The position numbers and the translations under genes were made by a program. Under the pieces are notes generated by a model that was not told where the DNA came from, ran no database searches, and saw only the letters and a list, made by a program, of their open reading frames with translations. This document shows positions 1 through 9,704 of a stretch of 64,000 nt of DNA, in pieces (the first letter of the stretch is position 1; every line of letters starts with the position of its first letter). The DNA comes from Acidimicrobiales bacterium (lineage in GTDB: Bacteria; Actinomycetota; Acidimicrobiia; Acidimicrobiales; DATDAH01): contig JBGAOY010000001.1 of assembly GCA_044221555.1 (NCBI GenBank), positions 135,793-199,792 of the forward strand. The letters are read 5' to 3'.

Positions 1-696
1 CCGGTCGCCGGCGAACCACACGGTGGGCAGCACCACCAGCGGCAGCAGGAAGGCCGACTCGGCCCGGGCGAGGATGGCCAGCCCGCACAGGGCCCCGATG
101 AGGGCGAGGTGGCGGGCGGTGTAGCGGCCCTGGAACCGGTAGAGGGCCAGGAACACCGCGACCAGGAGGAGGGTGGCCAGCGACTCGGACATCACCACGC
201 CGTCGTTCAGCCACAGGTTGGGATAGACCGCGGCCAGGCCCGCGGCGATCAGCCCCACCCGGCTGCTGGCGGTGACGGTGCGGCCGAGCACGCCGATGGC
301 GGCCACCGTGAGGGAGCCGATGAGGGCCATGGCCAGGCGTTGCACCAGCAGGCCCTTGCCGAAGATCAGCACCACCGGGGCCATGGCCAGCGCGGTCAGC
401 GGTGGGTGATCGGCAGCGGGGCCGCCGGCGAAGGGGTGCACGAACCCCCGGCCCTCGGCCAGCCGGATGGCCTGGTTGCTGTAGTAGATGGCGTCGCCGA
501 TGGCCGGCTCGTCGCGCTTGAACACCAGGATGTACGCGATCCGCAGGGCCAGGGCGCCCAGGGCGATGAGGGCGAGCCGGCGGAAGAACGTGGCCCGCTC
601 GGCCGGGGCCGGGGCCGTCGCCGAGGGGCCCGGATCGGGGACGCGTGCGGGTTCGGGCTCGCCGACGTCGGTGCTGCTCGATGGCCGGTCGCTCAA
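1..696 (-). CDS. GT-C fold membrane glycosyltransferase, family 39 / ArnT-PMT-like (5' part only; the gene runs off the left edge)
   Basis: This ORF is absent from the track because it is open at the window edge. My own minus-strand translation reads ...SSTDVGEPEPARVPDPGPS..FFRRLALIALGALALRIAYILVFKRDEPAIGDAIYYSNQAIRLAEGRGFVHPF..DHPPLTALAMAPVVLIFG... That is a typical N-terminus of polyprenyl-phosphate-sugar dependent GT39/GT83 enzymes. The candidate TTG start at 696 overlaps the upstream stop (TTGA). The start is uncertain. Confidence 0.6.
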   Translation of the reverse strand, partial: MSDRPSSSTDVGEPEPARVPDPGPSATAPAPAERATFFRRLALIALGALALRIAYILVFKRDEPAIGDAIYYSNQAIRLAEGRGFVHPFAGGPAADHPPLTALAMAPVVLIFGKGLLVQRLAMALIGSLTVAAIGVLGRTVTASSRVGLIAAGLAAVYPNLWLNDGVVMSESLATLLLVAVFLALYRFQGRYTARHLALIGALCGLAILARAESAFLLPLVVLPTVWFAGDR

Positions 697-3600
697 CCCG
701 CCTCGCCTCCTGGCTCGGGCGCGGACCTGGGGAGGGTAGCGGCGACCACGAGTGCCAGCATCGCCAGCGTCGGCCGGTGGGCCGCGGAGACGGTGTCGAC
801 CCACCCGAAGCCGGCCGGGTTGTGCTGGATCGCCTGGCGCACGACGATCGCCGCGGTCACGAGGCCGAGACCGGCCAGGCCCGCCAGGCCCGCCAGCGTG
901 GAGCGTCGGGCCAGCACGAGGGGCAGCGACACCGCGACGGCCACGACGCCCCACACGGGCGCGACCAGCAACGCGGCCGCCACCCCAGCGGCGACCCACA
1001 CGACGTGGTGGCGCCGATCATCGACCCGCCAGGGGGCGGCGAGGACGGTGGCGCCGCTCACGGGGTGGGCGTCGGTTCGGCGGCGCCGGTCGAGCACGGC
1101 GAGCGCGATGCAGGCAAGGACCGCGACCATCGAGAGCGCCAGGCCCACCCACGTCCAGCGCTGGGGTCGCCAGCGCAGGTCGACGGTGGTGGCGGTGGGC
1201 GACGGATCCAGGAACCACCCGTTCATCCCGCCGCTGATGGCCTCGGGGTCGCCCAGCGACCGACCGTCCACGGTGGCCGACCACCCCGGGTTCCAGCCCA
1301 CACCCTGATCGAGCCAGCACCCGTCGGGGCACGGCCCCACGGTCACGGTCTGGTGGTCGCGCCCGCCGTGGACGGTGACCTCGGGCGGCGCCGGCGCAGT
1401 CGATGCCAGCACCTCCTCGGCCGCGGCGTTGGTGAGCACGAGCCGATCGAGGTCGAGCCCGGTGTCGGCCCCCGCCGCCGCGACCACCCGGTGCCGGCCG
1501 CCGTCGAGGTCGAGGGGCCGATCGGCGTGGTCGCCGCAGCGCTCGACCGTCAGCGTGTCGCCGGCCAGCGCGGCTGCGGTGCTCCCAGAGAAGCGCAGCG
1601 GGACGGCCTCGCCGTCCACCTCGAGCAGGTCGGCGCGACACCCCGAGTCGAGGGAATCCGGGAGGGGCTCGCCGGCCAGGCCCCGTCCGGCGACCTCGGC
1701 GATGCCGGCGGGCAGCAGGGTGACCTCGCCGTAGCGGCGATCGACCGTGGTGGCGCCGTCGGTGGCCGTGATGGTGAGCGTGAGCGGGCCACTGGCCCCC
1801 GCCAGCGCGGCGAGGTCCACCGTCTGGACCGCTTCGTCGGGGTCGACCTGGACGGCGACACGACGGTCGCCCCGGGCCACGTCGAAGGCCGTGACCCGGG
1901 CCAGGTGCGGTCCGGTGGCGACCCGGACGGCGAGCGGCCCCAACCGGGCGCCGTCGTCCACCGGGACGGTCAGGCGCGCGCCGGCGCCCTCCCCGAAGGG
2001 CGTGAGCCAGGCCGTGGCGGGATCCCCGTCGACCGCGGCCCAGCCGCCCGCGGCCGGGTCACCCGCGAGGTGCTCACTGGACTCCGCGGTGTCGACCTCG
2101 AAGAGCGCGGCGAGCACCGCGTCGGAGGCCCGCCGGTCGAGGCGGCCCGTGGGTGCCAGCGACAGCTCCTGGGGGCTGTCGAGGGTGAACGAGCGCACGA
2201 GCGACGCCTCGGGGTCGTGCCGCCAGCGGTTCAGCGGGTCGGCGCGCAGCCGGGTGAGCACGATCGCCGTGGGGGTCTCGCTGCCGACGTGGGAGAGCAC
2301 GTCGGTGGGGAGCACCACGACCTCGCGGCTCGGGCCCAGCGCGGTGCTCACCTCGGCGAAGCCGACGGGTGACTGGCCGGGATACGCGGCGGCGCGGGGC
2401 ACGTTGGTGGCGGTGATCTCCAGTTGCCACCAGTCGGCCGGTGCCCCGAGGTCGACGGGCTGGCCCTCGCCCGTCCTCGAGGACTCCGTGAGTGCGATGG
2501 TGCGGTCCTCCCCCGACGAGGTGGTGAGGCGCACCTCGGTGATCCACCGATTGGCCCGCGGCGCCTGGTCCTGCAGCACGGAGATGGCATCGACCGGCTG
2601 CTCCGCGTCGATGCGCAGGCGCTGCCCCACCGGCTCGGCCCGGTCGGCGACCACCCACGAGGTGCGCGGGTCGCCGTCGACCGCCATCGCGGCCCGTGCT
2701 TCGGGACGGTAGGCGTTGGGCTCTCCGTAGGCGCTGGCGGTGGCCCGCACCGGCCCGTCGGCCACCGCCACCGTGACGTCGTCGTCGGTCTGGTCGGGGA
2801 ACACGTCGAGGCGGTGATCGGCTGGGTCGTCGTCGAGCAACCCGGCGTGGCGGCCGTCCTCGGTGAACCCCCACACGTCCTGGCTGCCGCGCCACTGCCG
2901 CGCCCGGACACGGTTGGTGTCGGTGACCACGTTCAGGTCAGAGGTGGCCACGGCGTCGGCCACGTCGCCGGTGGCCGCCGGGTACCGGATCGTCTCGGAG
3001 CCGTCGATCAGACCGGCGGCGGCGGCGTCGACGGTGCCGTCTCCGCTGCCCGACAGCAACACCACCCGCCCGCCGGCCCGCACGATGGGTCGCGGGTCCT
3101 CGACGGGCACCAGGACCACGGGAGGGACCGCCTCGCCGATGTCGTCGAGGGCCAGCGCTCGCTCGTCCACCATGGCGGCCGCGGGCACGTCCGCGGGCGG
3201 GAGGTTCGGTGCGGGCGTGCCGTAGGCGCGGGGGTCGCCGAGGCCGTCGGCACCCCTGCGGAACAGGTCCCAGGTGGGCTCGGGTCGCGGTGTCTGGTAG
3301 CGCTCGAAGGCGACCTCGGGTGCGACGAGCACGGTGTCGGCCCCGAGGAGCCGGGCGATGGGGGCCACCGCGTCGGGCTCGGCGACGCCGGCCTGGAAGC
3401 GGTCGTCGAGCGCGTAGAGCGTGTCCATGGCCGCGGGGCTGCCCAGTGGCAGCAGGTCGCGGGTGACCAGCGGGCGATTGGTGATCCCCGGTAGCACCGG
3501 GTCGACGGTGTGACCCCAGCGATAGGTCGAGAACTCCATCCCGGGGACCTGCAGGACCCGGTAGCCCGAGGGCAGGGCGTCGAGGTCGCGACCCACCTCG

Positions 3601-4937
3601 GTCCACCAGGTGGGGAGCGACTCGGGGCGGTCGAGGTCGGGGTCGACGAAGCCACCGGTCCAGGCGGCGGGCAGGTTGGCCAGCGCGATCAGCACCACGC
3701 CGACCGCCGCGAAGGTGGCGACCCGGGGCCGCCAGCGGTGCAGCGAGGTGACGAGGGCGCCGATGCCCAGGGCCAGTCCGAACACCACCATCGGCACCGC
3801 CCGCGTGCTGCTGCGCAGGGCCAGCACGAGGGTCGAGCGCGACGACCCGGCCAGGGTGGCGCCGAGCGGTGACGGGTCGTCGATCGGGTAGGCGCCGACC
3901 GCCAGGATCACGCCGGCCGCGAGGCAGAGCGCGGCGAAGCGCCGATGGGCCCACCGCACGAGCACCAGGCCGGCGACGCCGCCGAGCACGAGCAGGAAGC
4001 CGGCGGCGATGAGGAGGGGCTGCTCCTGGTAGGCGCGTGAGGCGGTGGTAGCCGCCGTGACGGGGTCGCCCACGTAGAAGAGCCAGTAGCCGAGCCCCCG
4101 CAGCACCTCGCTTCCCACCGCGGTGGAGCTCACGGCCTCGAGCGTCTCGCTGAACGACAGCGCCGCCGCGCCGTAGCGGGCCTGGACCGCGAGCGCGGTC
4201 ATCCACCAGAGCGAGACCGCGAGCGACAGCCCGCCGAGCGTCAGGACGGTGCGCGCCGCCCGCCGCCAGCTGATGACGTCGCGCGCCGCGGCATCGAGCA
4301 GCCAGAGGAGCGGGACCGGCGCCACCATCAACAGGGCGGTGGCGTTGATGCCACCCACGGTGGCGACGACCAGGGCGAACAGGGCGGCGTCGCGCCCCGG
4401 TGCACGCGTGGCGGGCGTTCGGGTGGCCGCGCCGATCGTGAGGCCCACCAGCCAGCCCAACGCGGCCCAGGGGAGCAGCAGCACCGACGTCCGCGACAGG
4501 TAGGCGAGCACGTACGGCGACAGCTGGTAGACGACGGCCGCGACCAGCGCCGCCCCTCCGGCGAGCCCCAGCCGCCGGGCCGCCCAGCGCAGGCCCGCGC
4601 CGGCGAGGAACAAGATGGTGCCGAGCCAGAGGCGGTGGGCCACCCAGTCGGGCACGCCCAGGCGATCGAAGACCCAGAACCACGGTCCGCTGGGCCACAG
4701 GTAGCCGATGATCTGGTGGGGCACCCAGCCGGCGAACTGCCGGGTGTCGAACGACCACAGGGCATCGGCCATCTGACGGCCCGGGTCGAGGTACAGGTAC
4801 AGCTTGGTGTCGGCCGGGAGACGACCCGCCGCCGCGGTGAGGGCAGGGACGTAGGCGAGCGCGGCCAGCAGGGCCAGTTCGAGGGCGTTGCGTGACCGGC
4901 GGGAGGCGACGTTGGCGAGCCGGCGGCGCCCGGTCAC
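693..4937 (-). CDS. AftD-like (DUF3367-type) giant GT-C glycosyltransferase, paralog 1, with C-terminal discoidin/F5-8-type-C-like modules
   Basis: The ORF is 1414 aa. Its N-terminus reads ..LPADTKLYLYLDPGRQMADALWSFDTRQFAGWVPHQIIGYLWPSGPWFW.. and is followed by many TM helices. The long extracytoplasmic C-terminal half carries repeated DGDPxTxW motifs (AVDGDPRTSWVV, AAVDGDPATAWLT), and a terminal TM cluster follows. This architecture matches mycobacterial AftD. Confidence 0.75.
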   Translation of the reverse strand: MTGRRRLANVASRRSRNALELALLAALAYVPALTAAAGRLPADTKLYLYLDPGRQMADALWSFDTRQFAGWVPHQIIGYLWPSGPWFWVFDRLGVPDWVAHRLWLGTILFLAGAGLRWAARRLGLAGGAALVAAVVYQLSPYVLAYLSRTSVLLLPWAALGWLVGLTIGAATRTPATRAPGRDAALFALVVATVGGINATALLMVAPVPLLWLLDAAARDVISWRRAARTVLTLGGLSLAVSLWWMTALAVQARYGAAALSFSETLEAVSSTAVGSEVLRGLGYWLFYVGDPVTAATTASRAYQEQPLLIAAGFLLVLGGVAGLVLVRWAHRRFAALCLAAGVILAVGAYPIDDPSPLGATLAGSSRSTLVLALRSSTRAVPMVVFGLALGIGALVTSLHRWRPRVATFAAVGVVLIALANLPAAWTGGFVDPDLDRPESLPTWWTEVGRDLDALPSGYRVLQVPGMEFSTYRWGHTVDPVLPGITNRPLVTRDLLPLGSPAAMDTLYALDDRFQAGVAEPDAVAPIARLLGADTVLVAPEVAFERYQTPRPEPTWDLFRRGADGLGDPRAYGTPAPNLPPADVPAAAMVDERALALDDIGEAVPPVVLVPVEDPRPIVRAGGRVVLLSGSGDGTVDAAAAGLIDGSETIRYPAATGDVADAVATSDLNVVTDTNRVRARQWRGSQDVWGFTEDGRHAGLLDDDPADHRLDVFPDQTDDDVTVAVADGPVRATASAYGEPNAYRPEARAAMAVDGDPRTSWVVADRAEPVGQRLRIDAEQPVDAISVLQDQAPRANRWITEVRLTTSSGEDRTIALTESSRTGEGQPVDLGAPADWWQLEITATNVPRAAAYPGQSPVGFAEVSTALGPSREVVVLPTDVLSHVGSETPTAIVLTRLRADPLNRWRHDPEASLVRSFTLDSPQELSLAPTGRLDRRASDAVLAALFEVDTAESSEHLAGDPAAGGWAAVDGDPATAWLTPFGEGAGARLTVPVDDGARLGPLAVRVATGPHLARVTAFDVARGDRRVAVQVDPDEAVQTVDLAALAGASGPLTLTITATDGATTVDRRYGEVTLLPAGIAEVAGRGLAGEPLPDSLDSGCRADLLEVDGEAVPLRFSGSTAAALAGDTLTVERCGDHADRPLDLDGGRHRVVAAAGADTGLDLDRLVLTNAAAEEVLASTAPAPPEVTVHGGRDHQTVTVGPCPDGCWLDQGVGWNPGWSATVDGRSLGDPEAISGGMNGWFLDPSPTATTVDLRWRPQRWTWVGLALSMVAVLACIALAVLDRRRRTDAHPVSGATVLAAPWRVDDRRHHVVWVAAGVAAALLVAPVWGVVAVAVSLPLVLARRSTLAGLAGLAGLGLVTAAIVVRQAIQHNPAGFGWVDTVSAAHRPTLAMLALVVAATLPRSAPEPGGEAG

Positions 4938-6184
4938 GGGATCGCGCCGTACACCCCGTACAGCGCGGTGAGCGTGACCAGACCGGCACCGCAGAGTGCC
5001 AGCAGCAGCGTCCAGCCGTCACGGGACCAGCTGTTGGCGTCGTCGTCCGGCCACCACGCACCGGCGGCCATGAAGAGCGGGAAGGCCGTGTACACGAACC
5101 GGGGTCGGGCCGTCACGGTCGCGGGGATGAGCATCAGGGCCAGCACGACCGCGACGTAGGCCACCATCGGCCAGGGCAGCCGCTTCTTCCAGCCGCACCA
5201 CAGCAGGGCGAACATGGCGAAGAGCGACGCGCTGGTGAGCACGTCGGTGGGCGAGTTCAGCGGATGGGTGAGGAAGCCGAACGTGTCCTGGACCGCCGTG
5301 GCGCCGAAGCTGGTGCCCTCGGCCCACGCCTCGGTCTGCACCCGGAACCAGGCCCACGGCTCGTCGGTGTGGACTCGCAGGTACCACTGGAAGGCGATGA
5401 ACCCGAGGGGTGCCAAGGCGGGGGCGATCAGGGCGCGCCACTCCCTGCGCTGCCAGATGGCCATCAGGGCGGCGACGCCACAGGCGGCGGCCACGGCCAC
5501 CCCGTTGGGGCGGGTGGCGGTGGCCAGCGCGGCCACCAGGCCGGCGATCAGCCACTGCCGCCGGTAGAGCGCCAGCAGGCAACCGGCGGCCAGGAAGATG
5601 AGCATCGCCTCGCTGTAGGCGAAGCTGAGCACGAAGCTGCCCGGGAAGACCGCCATCAGGATCATGGTGCGCTCGGCGGGCCGGATGCCGAACACCTCGC
5701 GGGCCAGGAGGCCCACCATGTAGACGGCCAGCGCGCCGAGCAGGGCGTTCACGAAGATGCCCGCGAACACCTCGCTGCCCGGCAGCACACGGTCGAAGGC
5801 GCCGACGAGCATCGGGTACAGGGGGAAGAAGGCGGCGCGCGCCTCCACCTGGTGGTAGGTGATCGGGCGGGGGATCGACTGCGGGTACCCCCGCCGGACG
5901 ATCTCCATGTACCAGTTGCCGTCCCAGGAGTCGAGCACCTGGACGATGAACGTGCTGGCCCCCTCGGGACGGGGGATGTTGTTGACGTTGGCGTCGACGC
6001 CTCGCTGGGCGGCCACGATGCCGCTGCCGGCGATCACCATCAGGCGCGAGGCCACGTAGGCGATGCCGCCCTTCAGGAGCGCGAGCCGCCAGCGCTTGCG
6101 GTCGTCGGGACCGGCCCGGTCAGGGGTGACCGCCTCGGTAGGGGTCGTCACGGGAGCGTCGGTCTCGGTGGCGGTGGGGGTCAT
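4934..6184 (-). CDS. Polytopic membrane glycosyltransferase, PIG-V/GT-C-like mannosyltransferase family
   Basis: The ORF is 416 aa and multi-TM. The motif DSWDGNWYMEIVRRGYPQ is characteristic of PIG-V-like integral membrane mannosyltransferases. Its stop overlaps the AftD-like start by 4 nt (ATGA). Confidence 0.55.
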   Translation of the reverse strand: MTPTATETDAPVTTPTEAVTPDRAGPDDRKRWRLALLKGGIAYVASRLMVIAGSGIVAAQRGVDANVNNIPRPEGASTFIVQVLDSWDGNWYMEIVRRGYPQSIPRPITYHQVEARAAFFPLYPMLVGAFDRVLPGSEVFAGIFVNALLGALAVYMVGLLAREVFGIRPAERTMILMAVFPGSFVLSFAYSEAMLIFLAAGCLLALYRRQWLIAGLVAALATATRPNGVAVAAACGVAALMAIWQRREWRALIAPALAPLGFIAFQWYLRVHTDEPWAWFRVQTEAWAEGTSFGATAVQDTFGFLTHPLNSPTDVLTSASLFAMFALLWCGWKKRLPWPMVAYVAVVLALMLIPATVTARPRFVYTAFPLFMAAGAWWPDDDANSWSRDGWTLLLALCGAGLVTLTALYGVYGAIP

Positions 6185-6274
6185 CAGGGAGCGGGCCCCC
6201 GGAGCGTGCGGGGCCGGGTGAACCTACCACGGCCACCTCCGGACGAGACCGCAGCGGCGGTGCCGCCGACGGCG

Positions 6275-6481
6275 TCAGGCCGCGGGCTCGGCGACGGCCC
6301 GACGGATGATCAGGATCTCGGAGGTGCGGAAGCTGGCCACCCGGGTCGCCCAGCTGTCGACCACCTGGCGACCGCCGTCACGGCGGAAGAAGGTGGTCAT
6401 CTGCCCTTCCTGCTGGTAGGCGTCGGCGCCGTCGATCCGCTCGACGGTGCGGTCGGTGAGGGTCACCTCGTAGCTGGTCAT
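6275..6481 (-). CDS. Small hypothetical protein (68 aa)
   Basis: The internal ATG at 6481 (MTSYEVTLTDRTVERIDGADAYQQEGQMTTFFRRDGG...) is preceded by GGAGGA about 9 nt upstream. The composition looks like normal coding sequence. I did not recognise a family. Confidence 0.45.
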   Translation of the reverse strand: MTSYEVTLTDRTVERIDGADAYQQEGQMTTFFRRDGGRQVVDSWATRVASFRTSEILIIRRAVAEPAA

Positions 6482-6557
6482 CGTCTCGTCCTCCGGGCAC
6501 GACGCTACGACGCGGCCCCTGTGCATCGCTAGGGCCACAACCCTGTGGATAACTGTC

Positions 6558-7487
6558 TCAGCGCTCGCGGAAGTCGTTGAGCCCCATGCGGGGGCCCTTG
6601 CGCTCGGGACCCAGCCGGGCCGACGTGATCAGGCGGATGACCCGCCCGCGGTGGCCGCGGAACGGCTCGAGCAGCTCGAGCATGCGCTCGTCGGTGGCCC
6701 GCTCCTCGCTGGCCAGGGCCCAGGCCACCTGGTGGGGGATGTGGTAATCGCCCACGCTGACCGCGTCCGGGTCGCCGAACGCGATGAAGGCCACCTCGCC
6801 GGCGCTCCACGGGCCGATCCCCCTGATCTGGGTGAGCTCGCGTTGCGCCTGCGCGGACGGAAGCGCCAGCAACGACTCGAGCCGGTGGGCGCGGGCGGCG
6901 ACCCGCCGGAGGGTGTCGGCCCTGTTGCGCTCGACGCCGAGCAGGTGGAGCTCGTAGTAGGGGGTTCCCGCGATGGCGCCCGGGTCGGGCGGCAGCGTGA
7001 GCCCGGCGGGTCCGGGCGCCGGCTCACCGAGCTTGGCCACCAGTTGCCGGTAGGCCCGCCGGGACTCGAAGCCCGTCACCTTCTGCTCGAGCACCGTGGG
7101 GACGAGCGTCTCGAACACCGCGTTCGCCCGGCTCACGCGCAAGCCGGGCATGCGCCGGTTGAGGCGGGCGACGAGGGGGTGGTCGGTGTGGAAGTCCTCG
7201 GGGTGGTCGTCGGCGCCCAGCAGGGCGGGCGCGTGCTCGAGCGCCCACTCGGCGCCGGGCCCCCACGCCCGCGCATCGAACGACGCGCTGTGCGTGCGAC
7301 TGGGCCCGTCGCGGCCGACCACGGCCAGCGTGGCCGGGCCCTCCGGGGTGCGGCTGGCGCGCCACAGCCCCGAGGATCCCAGCTGGGTGGCCGGGTCGTA
7401 CTTGCCGCGCCGGAGGGGTGCCAGCGTGAGCACGAGGTCGACGGGCTCGGCGAAGGTGATGGTGCGGGACCGCTCGTCGGGGCTCAG
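6558..7487 (-). CDS. DNA-3-methyladenine glycosylase II (AlkA-like, HhH-GPD superfamily)
   Basis: The C-terminal region RELTQIRGIGPWSAGEVAFIAFGDPDAVSVGDYHIPHQVAWAL is a helix-hairpin-helix/GPD motif with the catalytic Asp context. The 5' part of the 380-aa track ORF overlaps the upstream gene and is rejected. The start is uncertain: either CTG at 7487 overlapping the upstream stop, or GTG at 7433. Confidence 0.7.
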   Translation of the reverse strand: MSPDERSRTITFAEPVDLVLTLAPLRRGKYDPATQLGSSGLWRASRTPEGPATLAVVGRDGPSRTHSASFDARAWGPGAEWALEHAPALLGADDHPEDFHTDHPLVARLNRRMPGLRVSRANAVFETLVPTVLEQKVTGFESRRAYRQLVAKLGEPAPGPAGLTLPPDPGAIAGTPYYELHLLGVERNRADTLRRVAARAHRLESLLALPSAQAQRELTQIRGIGPWSAGEVAFIAFGDPDAVSVGDYHIPHQVAWALASEERATDERMLELLEPFRGHRGRVIRLITSARLGPERKGPRMGLNDFRER

Positions 7488-9157
7488 CGGGCCGGGCCCT
7501 CCTCGGCGCCGGCCGCCGTGTCGCGCGCCCAGCGGTAGTCCGCCTTGCCGCTGGGACTGCGCTCGATGTGGTCGAGCCGCAGGATGGCCTTGGGCAGCTT
7601 GTACCGGGCGATGTGGAGGCCACAGGTGGCCAGGAGCTCGTCGTCGTCCACGTCGGCGCCCGGGCGCAGGCGCACCAGGGCGACCACCTCCTGACCCCAC
7701 CGCTCGCTCGGGCGACCCACCACCACTGCGTCGAACACCTGGGGATGGGCCTTGAGGGCGTGCTCCACCTCCTCCGCGAAGATCTTCTCGCCGCCGGAGT
7801 TGATGGTGACCGACTCCCGCCCGTGCAGCTCGATCAGGCCGTCCTGGTCGTAGCGGGCGCGGTCACCGGGGACGGCGAAGCGCTCGCCCTCGATGGTGGG
7901 GAAGGTCGCCGCCGTCTTGGCGGGGTCGCCCAGGTAGCCGAGCGGCACCCGGCCCCGCTGCGCCAGCCACCCCTCGTCGTGGCAGTCGCGATCCAGCACG
8001 TGGCGCAGATCAGCGCTGACGATGGCCGTGCTGGGGGTGGGCGCGAACCGCCCCTGCGCGGCGCCGGCGGACGTGCTGTGCCCGGCATTGGTCGACGTGA
8101 CGCCCTGGCGGCCCGACTCGGACGACCCGAGGATGTCGACGATGGTCACGCCCGGCACGAGCTCGAGGAGCTCGGCCTTCGTCGACGCGCTCAGGACGGC
8201 CCCGCCCGTCAGCACGAAGCGAAGCGACGACAGGTCGTAGCCGGTTCGGCGCAGCTCGTCGGCGAGGGGCCGGGCGAAGGCATCGCCGACGATGAGCAAG
8301 GAGGTCACCTGCTCACGCTCACAGGTGCGGAACACGTCGGCCGGGTCGAGGTGGTGGGGCTCGTCCTGGACCACGACCGTGCCGCCCGCCAACCAGGCGC
8401 TCAGCGCGTTCCAGTGGGCGGCGCCGTGCATGAAGGGCGCCGCGGGCAGCGCTCGCACGCGCCCGGGTCGGGCGTCGTCGATCGCCTCCCCGAGGTCGTG
8501 GTGCTCCGACCCGTCGCGCCGGCGGAAACCGAGCGCAGCCGGCAGGAAGTCACCCTGGCGCCACAGCACCCCCTTGGGCATCCCCGTGGTGCCGCCGGTG
8601 TAGAGCAGGTAGCGGTCGTCGGGTGACCACGACGACACCAGCGTGGCGTCGAGGTCCGGGTCGGCGCCGGCCAGCGAGGTCTCGTAGTCGAGTGCGCCGG
8701 GCAGCAGGTCGTGGCCGGACCCGTCCTCCACCTGCAACAGCAGCGGCGGTCGGTCGAGGCGGCCCAGCACCTCGGCCAGGGTCGGGGCGAACGATGCGTG
8801 GTAGACCACGGCGCCGGTGCCGGCGTCACGCAAGAGGTAGGCGAGCTCCTCGGCGACGTAGCGGTAGTTGACGTTGAACGGCGCGGCGCGTGCCTTGAAC
8901 GACCCCAACATGGCCTCGAGGTACTCGTTGCCGTTGTGCAGGTACAGCGCCACCTGGTCGTGCGGGGAGACCCAGGGCTCGACGGCTGCCGGATCGGCCC
9001 GGAGGCCGACACCGTTCGCGACGAGTACGGCGGCGAGGCGGCGCGTGCGGTCGTTGACCTCGGCCCACGTGAGCCGACGGTCGCGGAACACGATGCACTC
9101 CCTCTCGGGCACGACCGCCGCGATGGCCTCGTGCAGGGCCGCCAGGTTGAATTCCAC
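7484..9157 (-). CDS. Acyl-CoA synthetase / AMP-dependent ligase
   Basis: The ORF is 557 aa. It carries the AMP-binding signature LLYTGGTTGMPKGVLW and C-terminal ...GKADYRWA typical of the ANL superfamily. Confidence 0.85.
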   Translation of the reverse strand: MEFNLAALHEAIAAVVPERECIVFRDRRLTWAEVNDRTRRLAAVLVANGVGLRADPAAVEPWVSPHDQVALYLHNGNEYLEAMLGSFKARAAPFNVNYRYVAEELAYLLRDAGTGAVVYHASFAPTLAEVLGRLDRPPLLLQVEDGSGHDLLPGALDYETSLAGADPDLDATLVSSWSPDDRYLLYTGGTTGMPKGVLWRQGDFLPAALGFRRRDGSEHHDLGEAIDDARPGRVRALPAAPFMHGAAHWNALSAWLAGGTVVVQDEPHHLDPADVFRTCEREQVTSLLIVGDAFARPLADELRRTGYDLSSLRFVLTGGAVLSASTKAELLELVPGVTIVDILGSSESGRQGVTSTNAGHSTSAGAAQGRFAPTPSTAIVSADLRHVLDRDCHDEGWLAQRGRVPLGYLGDPAKTAATFPTIEGERFAVPGDRARYDQDGLIELHGRESVTINSGGEKIFAEEVEHALKAHPQVFDAVVVGRPSERWGQEVVALVRLRPGADVDDDELLATCGLHIARYKLPKAILRLDHIERSPSGKADYRWARDTAAGAEEGPAR

Positions 9158-9178
9158 GATGCGCCCGCAGGCCTGCTC

Positions 9179-9655
9179 TCAGTCGCGCGCTCGCTGCGTG
9201 ACCGACACCGAGTCCATGGTGTCGCCCACCGCGATGGCCTGGGCCACCTCGATCCCGTCGACCACGTAGCCGAAGAGGTTGTAGAGCGGCTGGAGCTTCT
9301 GCTGGCAGTCGTCGATGCAGATGAAGAACTGGGAGCCGTTGGTGTCGGGGCCGGCGTTGGCCATGGCCACCGCCCCGAGGGTGTACGCACCCTTCACCGG
9401 CTCGTCGGCGAACCGGTAGCCGGGGCCACCGGTGCCGCGGCCGTCGGGGTCGCCACCTTGGATGACGAACCCGGGAACGACCCGGTGGAAGGTGAGGCCG
9501 TCGTAGAAGCCGTTGCGGGCATTGACCACGAAGTGGTTGACGGTGGTGGGCGCGAGCGCGGGGTCGAGCTCCATGGTGATCTCACCCTTGGGAGTGCTGA
9601 TCACCACCTGGTACACGGCGTCGAGGTCGATCTCCATCGCGGGGGGGTTGGCCAT
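9179..9655 (-). CDS. Peptidyl-prolyl cis-trans isomerase, cyclophilin type
   Basis: FHRVVPGFVIQGGDPDGRGTGGPGYRFADE and NAGPDTNGSQFFI are cyclophilin signatures. I trimmed the 311-aa track ORF to the ATG at 9655 (MANPPAMEIDL...). Confidence 0.9.
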   Translation of the reverse strand: MANPPAMEIDLDAVYQVVISTPKGEITMELDPALAPTTVNHFVVNARNGFYDGLTFHRVVPGFVIQGGDPDGRGTGGPGYRFADEPVKGAYTLGAVAMANAGPDTNGSQFFICIDDCQQKLQPLYNLFGYVVDGIEVAQAIAVGDTMDSVSVTQRARD

Positions 9656-9704
9656 GGGGCCATGTTGGCACCTCCCGGCGACGGAGCCGAACTCGGGCGC
9701 CCTG

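Noticed and set aside
109-2372. Long + strand ORFs (399 aa at 109-1308 and 575 aa at 645-2372) opposite the GT39-like and AftD-like genes.
   Set aside because: Their composition is dominated by Arg/Gly/Pro/His/Asp with no recognisable motifs. They lie antisense to ORFs with clear membrane-protein and domain signatures. This is the typical high-GC antisense artefact.
2938-5061. A 707-aa minus-strand ORF in an alternative frame that spans the AftD-like/PIG-V-like junction.
   Set aside because: It is an Arg/Pro/Gly-rich low-complexity translation in a frame shifted relative to two well-supported genes. It has no motifs.
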